Below, one piece after another: positions 61,049 through 64,000 of a DNA stretch of 64,000 nucleotides (positions within the stretch are counted from its first letter, which is position 1; each line of letters begins with the position of its first letter). The DNA comes from an uncultured delta proteobacterium (lineage in GTDB: Bacteria > Desulfobacterota > Syntrophorhabdia > Syntrophorhabdales > WCHB1-27), in the NCBI GenBank assembly GCA_963810935.1, contig CAWEPK010000012.1, positions 128,001-192,000 of the forward strand, in the 5' to 3' direction. The notes beneath the pieces are model-generated. The model was given only the letters and a program-made list of their open reading frames with translations. It was not told the origin of the DNA and ran no database searches. A program made the translations under genes and the position numbers.

Positions 61049-61266
61049 TTTCGAGCCCCTCCTGTCAGACGATCTATCTCGCCGCGTCGAATCCGCACCT
61101 GTGCCCGGCCAGCTTTATCCCGGCCCGGCTATAATACATGCAAATTGTGTATCACAAAGGGGACGAAAGTAAAGAAAATTTTGGAGGATGACCGTGCTAT
61201 ATTACATCAGATGTTGCGGACAACATACCGGGAGAGCAGAGGATACGACGCACAGCGCCGCGTGAG

Positions 61267-62002
61267 TCACCTGGCCCGGAGGCCCTCATAAAGCCAGGCC
61301 GCGCCGAAGGTCAGCTTGTGCCTCCGTACTTCAGTCATGCCCGCCTCCTCCATCATCGCACAGAACCGGTCGGCCGGGGGGAAGTTCATGATGGAATCGG
61401 CGAGGTAATAATATGCGCCGGGGTTGAGGGAAAAGCGGGAGGCGATGGCCGGCAGCAGGCGGTTCAGATAGGAGTGGTAGAGCAGACTCCGAGAACCAGT
61501 TGCGCGTAAAGCCCATTTCGAGCACCATGACCTGCCCGCCGGGGACGACCACCCGTGTCATCTCCTTCAGGGCGCGCGCCTTGTCCGGTATGTTCCTGAT
61601 GCCGAAGGCTATGCCCGCGACGTCGAACGAGCCGTCTGCGAAAGGCAACGCCAGCGCGTCGGCCCGCATCAGGCGCACCCTGTCCGAAAGCCCAATTCCT
61701 GTCACTTTGGGCCGCCCCGCCTCCAGCATCTCGGCGGAGAAATCGACGCCCGCCACCGTTATGGCGGGATAGCGCAAGGCAGCGCCTATGGCAAGGTCGG
61801 CCGTCCCTGTCGCGACGTCGAGGAAGCGCATAGTCCGGCCGAACGACATCCGCCGTATCGTAAAGCGCCGCCAGGCAATGTCGCGTCGTAAGCTCAAAAA
61901 ATGGTTAAGGAAATCATAGCGGGGGGTCACGGTCGAGAAGATGTCCTTCACCATCGCCACGCGCTGGGCGTCCGTCGCCTCCCGGACGGGGATATATTTC
62001 AT
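61267..62002 (-). CDS. ubiE: Ubiquinone/menaquinone biosynthesis C-methyltransferase (apparent frameshift near 61490)
   Basis: F..V..RYDFLNH.LS...WRR, LDVATGTAD, DALALPFADGSFD, FGIRN; C-terminus AYYYLADSI..F in adjacent frame. Confidence 0.88.
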
Positions 62003-62061
62003 CACGCGGCCTTCTTCGCGGGGGGACGCATCGTTATGTATGGAGGGTGTAGGGTCAGGCA

Positions 62062-62601
62062 TCAGGCCACAGCCGGAATGAGGCCGCCGAACTTCTCGAA
62101 GCGGTCCTTCTTGACCTTGCAGATGGGGCACACCTCGGGCGGTTCCTCGCGGGCGCAGAGGTATCCGCAGACACGGCACCGCCAGACGGGGGGTGACGCG
62201 GCAGCGGCGGCAGGCCCGGATGAGGCGGCCTGCCGTACAGGCTGCGTGGACTGGCCGGCATCGATCGCGCACCTGCGCTCCGGGATGGGCACGATCCGCG
62301 ACGGGTCTTTTGCTGCTGCCTCCGACACGTAGAGCGCGCAGTAACAGGCGCCGTAGTCCGCGATATCCTGGTCGCGGTAGTCGCAGGGGCAGACGATGTC
62401 CCGGTCGGCCTCTGCCCGGCATGAGGCGAGCCTGCACGGGCAGGAGGCATAGCCGTATCGCTTCAGGTTTGCCAGAAGTCCCGCAGCAAGCTCCCGTACA
62501 AACGCCTCGTCGGGATTCAGAAAATACCCGGACGCCTTTGCGTCTGCCGAAAGCCGGGTCAGAAAGACCCCTGTCTCGTCGCGCCGTTCGTCTGCTTTCA
62601 A
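62062..62601 (-). CDS. Ferredoxin:thioredoxin reductase catalytic subunit fused to rubredoxin
   Basis: YGYASCPCR, DIVCPC, GACYCALY; C-terminal WRCRVCGY..PPEVCPIC; TTGA overlap with glutaredoxin. Confidence 0.9.
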   Translation of the reverse strand: MKADERRDETGVFLTRLSADAKASGYFLNPDEAFVRELAAGLLANLKRYGYASCPCRLASCRAEADRDIVCPCDYRDQDIADYGACYCALYVSEAAAKDPSRIVPIPERRCAIDAGQSTQPVRQAASSGPAAAAASPPVWRCRVCGYLCAREEPPEVCPICKVKKDRFEKFGGLIPAVA

Positions 62602-62873
62602 GCGGGTTGCAGCGCCTCCCTGATTTTTTTCTCCTCGAAGCCCACGATGCACTGGCCGTTTATGACGATGGACGGAAAGGAGCAGCGCGGGTTGACCGCC
62701 CGCACCTCCTGCATGGTCCTCTCCCTCTCCTCCCCTTCGAGCAGGTCGACATCCGTATATTCGTAGCCGACATCCAACTCTTTCAGGAGGCCTTTCATCT
62801 TCTTGCACCAGACGCACGTGCTCAACGTGTACAGCCTAACCGAGCCACGGTCGCTTCCTTCCACGCGCTGCAT
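62598..62873 (-). CDS. Glutaredoxin/NrdH-like redoxin
   Basis: LYTLSTCVWCKK, SFPSIVI, IVGF; AAGGAG RBS. Confidence 0.9.
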   Translation of the reverse strand: MQRVEGSDRGSVRLYTLSTCVWCKKMKGLLKELDVGYEYTDVDLLEGEERERTMQEVRAVNPRCSFPSIVINGQCIVGFEEKKIREALQPA

Positions 62874-63049
62874 GGCAAATCTCCTTAATAGCGGCTTTTG
62901 GTACAATATAACACAGTGGCCCCTCAATTTCAGCCTTGACCGGCAGGGCGGACGGTCAAAAAGGCTGTCCGGCGAAGGCCAATAAATGTCTTGTAGTCCC
63001 CCGCCCAAATCTGTTACGGTACTAGACACAATCCATAAGGAGGGTTCAA

Positions 63050-64000
63050 ATGGGTAAGGTCACGGCCGTTTTCGCTTTATCCCTGCTGTTTTTCGCCGCC
63101 GCCGCGTTTTCGCCGCTTTGTGCAGCCGAGCCTGCGCCGGCCGTGAAGACGGCGGTTTCCTGGATAGACCAGAACAGGGCTACTTATAACGAGATCGCCG
63201 GGTACATCTGGAATAACCCGGAGCTGAGCCTCGTAGAGTTCAAGTCGTCGGCAAAGCTCCAGCAGTACCTCGAAGCGAACGGCTTCAAGGTCGAGAAAGG
63301 CGTCGCGGGCATGTCTACGGCCTTCGTAGCCACCTATGGCTCGGGCAAGCCGGTAATCGGCTTGATGGCCGAGTTCGACGCCCTGCCCAACCTATCGCAG
63401 AAAAAGGGCGTGGTCAGCCCCGCCCCGATTACGCCTGGCGCGTCCGGCCACGGATGCGGGCATGACCTTTTCGGTACTGCGAGCGCAACCGCGGGCATAG
63501 CCATAGCCAAGGCCATGCAGAAACACGGCATCAAGGGGACCGTAAAGGTCTTCGGCACGCCGGCGGAGGAGACGCTCGTCGGCAAGATCTATATGAACAG
63601 GGACGGCGTGTTCGACGGCACGGACGTCATGATCACCTGGCACCCGTGGGATACGAACGAGGTCAATTACACCTCCAACCTCGCCATGGACAACCTAAAG
63701 TTCCGCTTCTACGGCAAGTCGGCACACGCTGCGGCATTCCCCGAAGCCGGGAGGAGCGCCCTCGACGGAGTCGAGTTGATGGACGTGGCCGCTAACTACA
63801 TGCGGGAGCACGTGACGCAGGAGGCGAGGATCCATTACGTAATCCCGAAGGGCGGCGAGGCCCCCAACGTAGTGCCCAACTTCGCGGAGGTCTGGTATTT
63901 CGTCCGCTCTCCCCGGAGGGCCGATGTAGACAAGATGAGGGCATGGCTGATCGACATCTCGAAAGGCGCGGCCATGATGACCCAGACCAGGACGGATTAC
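63050..64000 (+). CDS. M20D amidohydrolase, AbgB-like, with signal peptide (runs off window end)
   Basis: AGGAGG RBS; IWNNPELSLVEF, AEFDALP, GHGCGH, FGTPAEE, WHP, GKSAHAA..GRSALD, GGEAPNVVP. Confidence 0.9.
   Translation, partial: MGKVTAVFALSLLFFAAAAFSPLCAAEPAPAVKTAVSWIDQNRATYNEIAGYIWNNPELSLVEFKSSAKLQQYLEANGFKVEKGVAGMSTAFVATYGSGKPVIGLMAEFDALPNLSQKKGVVSPAPITPGASGHGCGHDLFGTASATAGIAIAKAMQKHGIKGTVKVFGTPAEETLVGKIYMNRDGVFDGTDVMITWHPWDTNEVNYTSNLAMDNLKFRFYGKSAHAAAFPEAGRSALDGVELMDVAANYMREHVTQEARIHYVIPKGGEAPNVVPNFAEVWYFVRSPRRADVDKMRAWLIDISKGAAMMTQTRTDY

Noticed and set aside
1..64000. Selenocysteine/pyrrolysine read-through, tRNA or rRNA genes
   Set aside because: Gene breaks are frame changes rather than in-frame TGA/TAG; no cloverleaf or rRNA-like segments seen

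Overview
GC-rich chromosomal segment of an anaerobic, deltaproteobacterial-type organism (gene content suggests Desulfobacterota/Syntrophorhabdaceae-like; inference only). Housekeeping and metabolic blocks: HD-GYP protein, mobA-rimI-pyrK-pyrD-recJ, MCP, PAS-LuxR, PflX-like radical SAM, two hybrid histidine kinases, ydhYVW-like aldehyde:ferredoxin oxidoreductase operon, stand-alone sigma28-type motAB plus a degenerate REC/HD-GYP gene, IclR + phenylacetate-CoA ligase-like gene, malic enzyme-fumC, a Liv-type ABC transporter, HNH-HIT-nucleoside phosphorylase, hicBA, a complete nuoA-N operon (fused NuoCD), an exported caspase-like protease + DUF4384-like partner, glutaredoxin-FTR/rubredoxin-menG and an M20 amidohydrolase. 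About 19 single-base frameshifts in otherwise intact genes look like long-read consensus errors. The most unusual part is 46.0-58.3 kb: two tandem units, each starting with a copy of the nuoN 3' end (copies differ almost only at synonymous sites) and ending with the same pair of non-coding repeats (B then hairpin A), but carrying different cargo. Cargo 2 is an AT-rich single gene fusing a GHKL ATPase to a PD-(D/E)XK-like nuclease, followed by an attC-geometry site and an IS481 - a candidate uncharacterised anti-phage gene cassette. No rRNA, tRNA or CRISPR array was seen.
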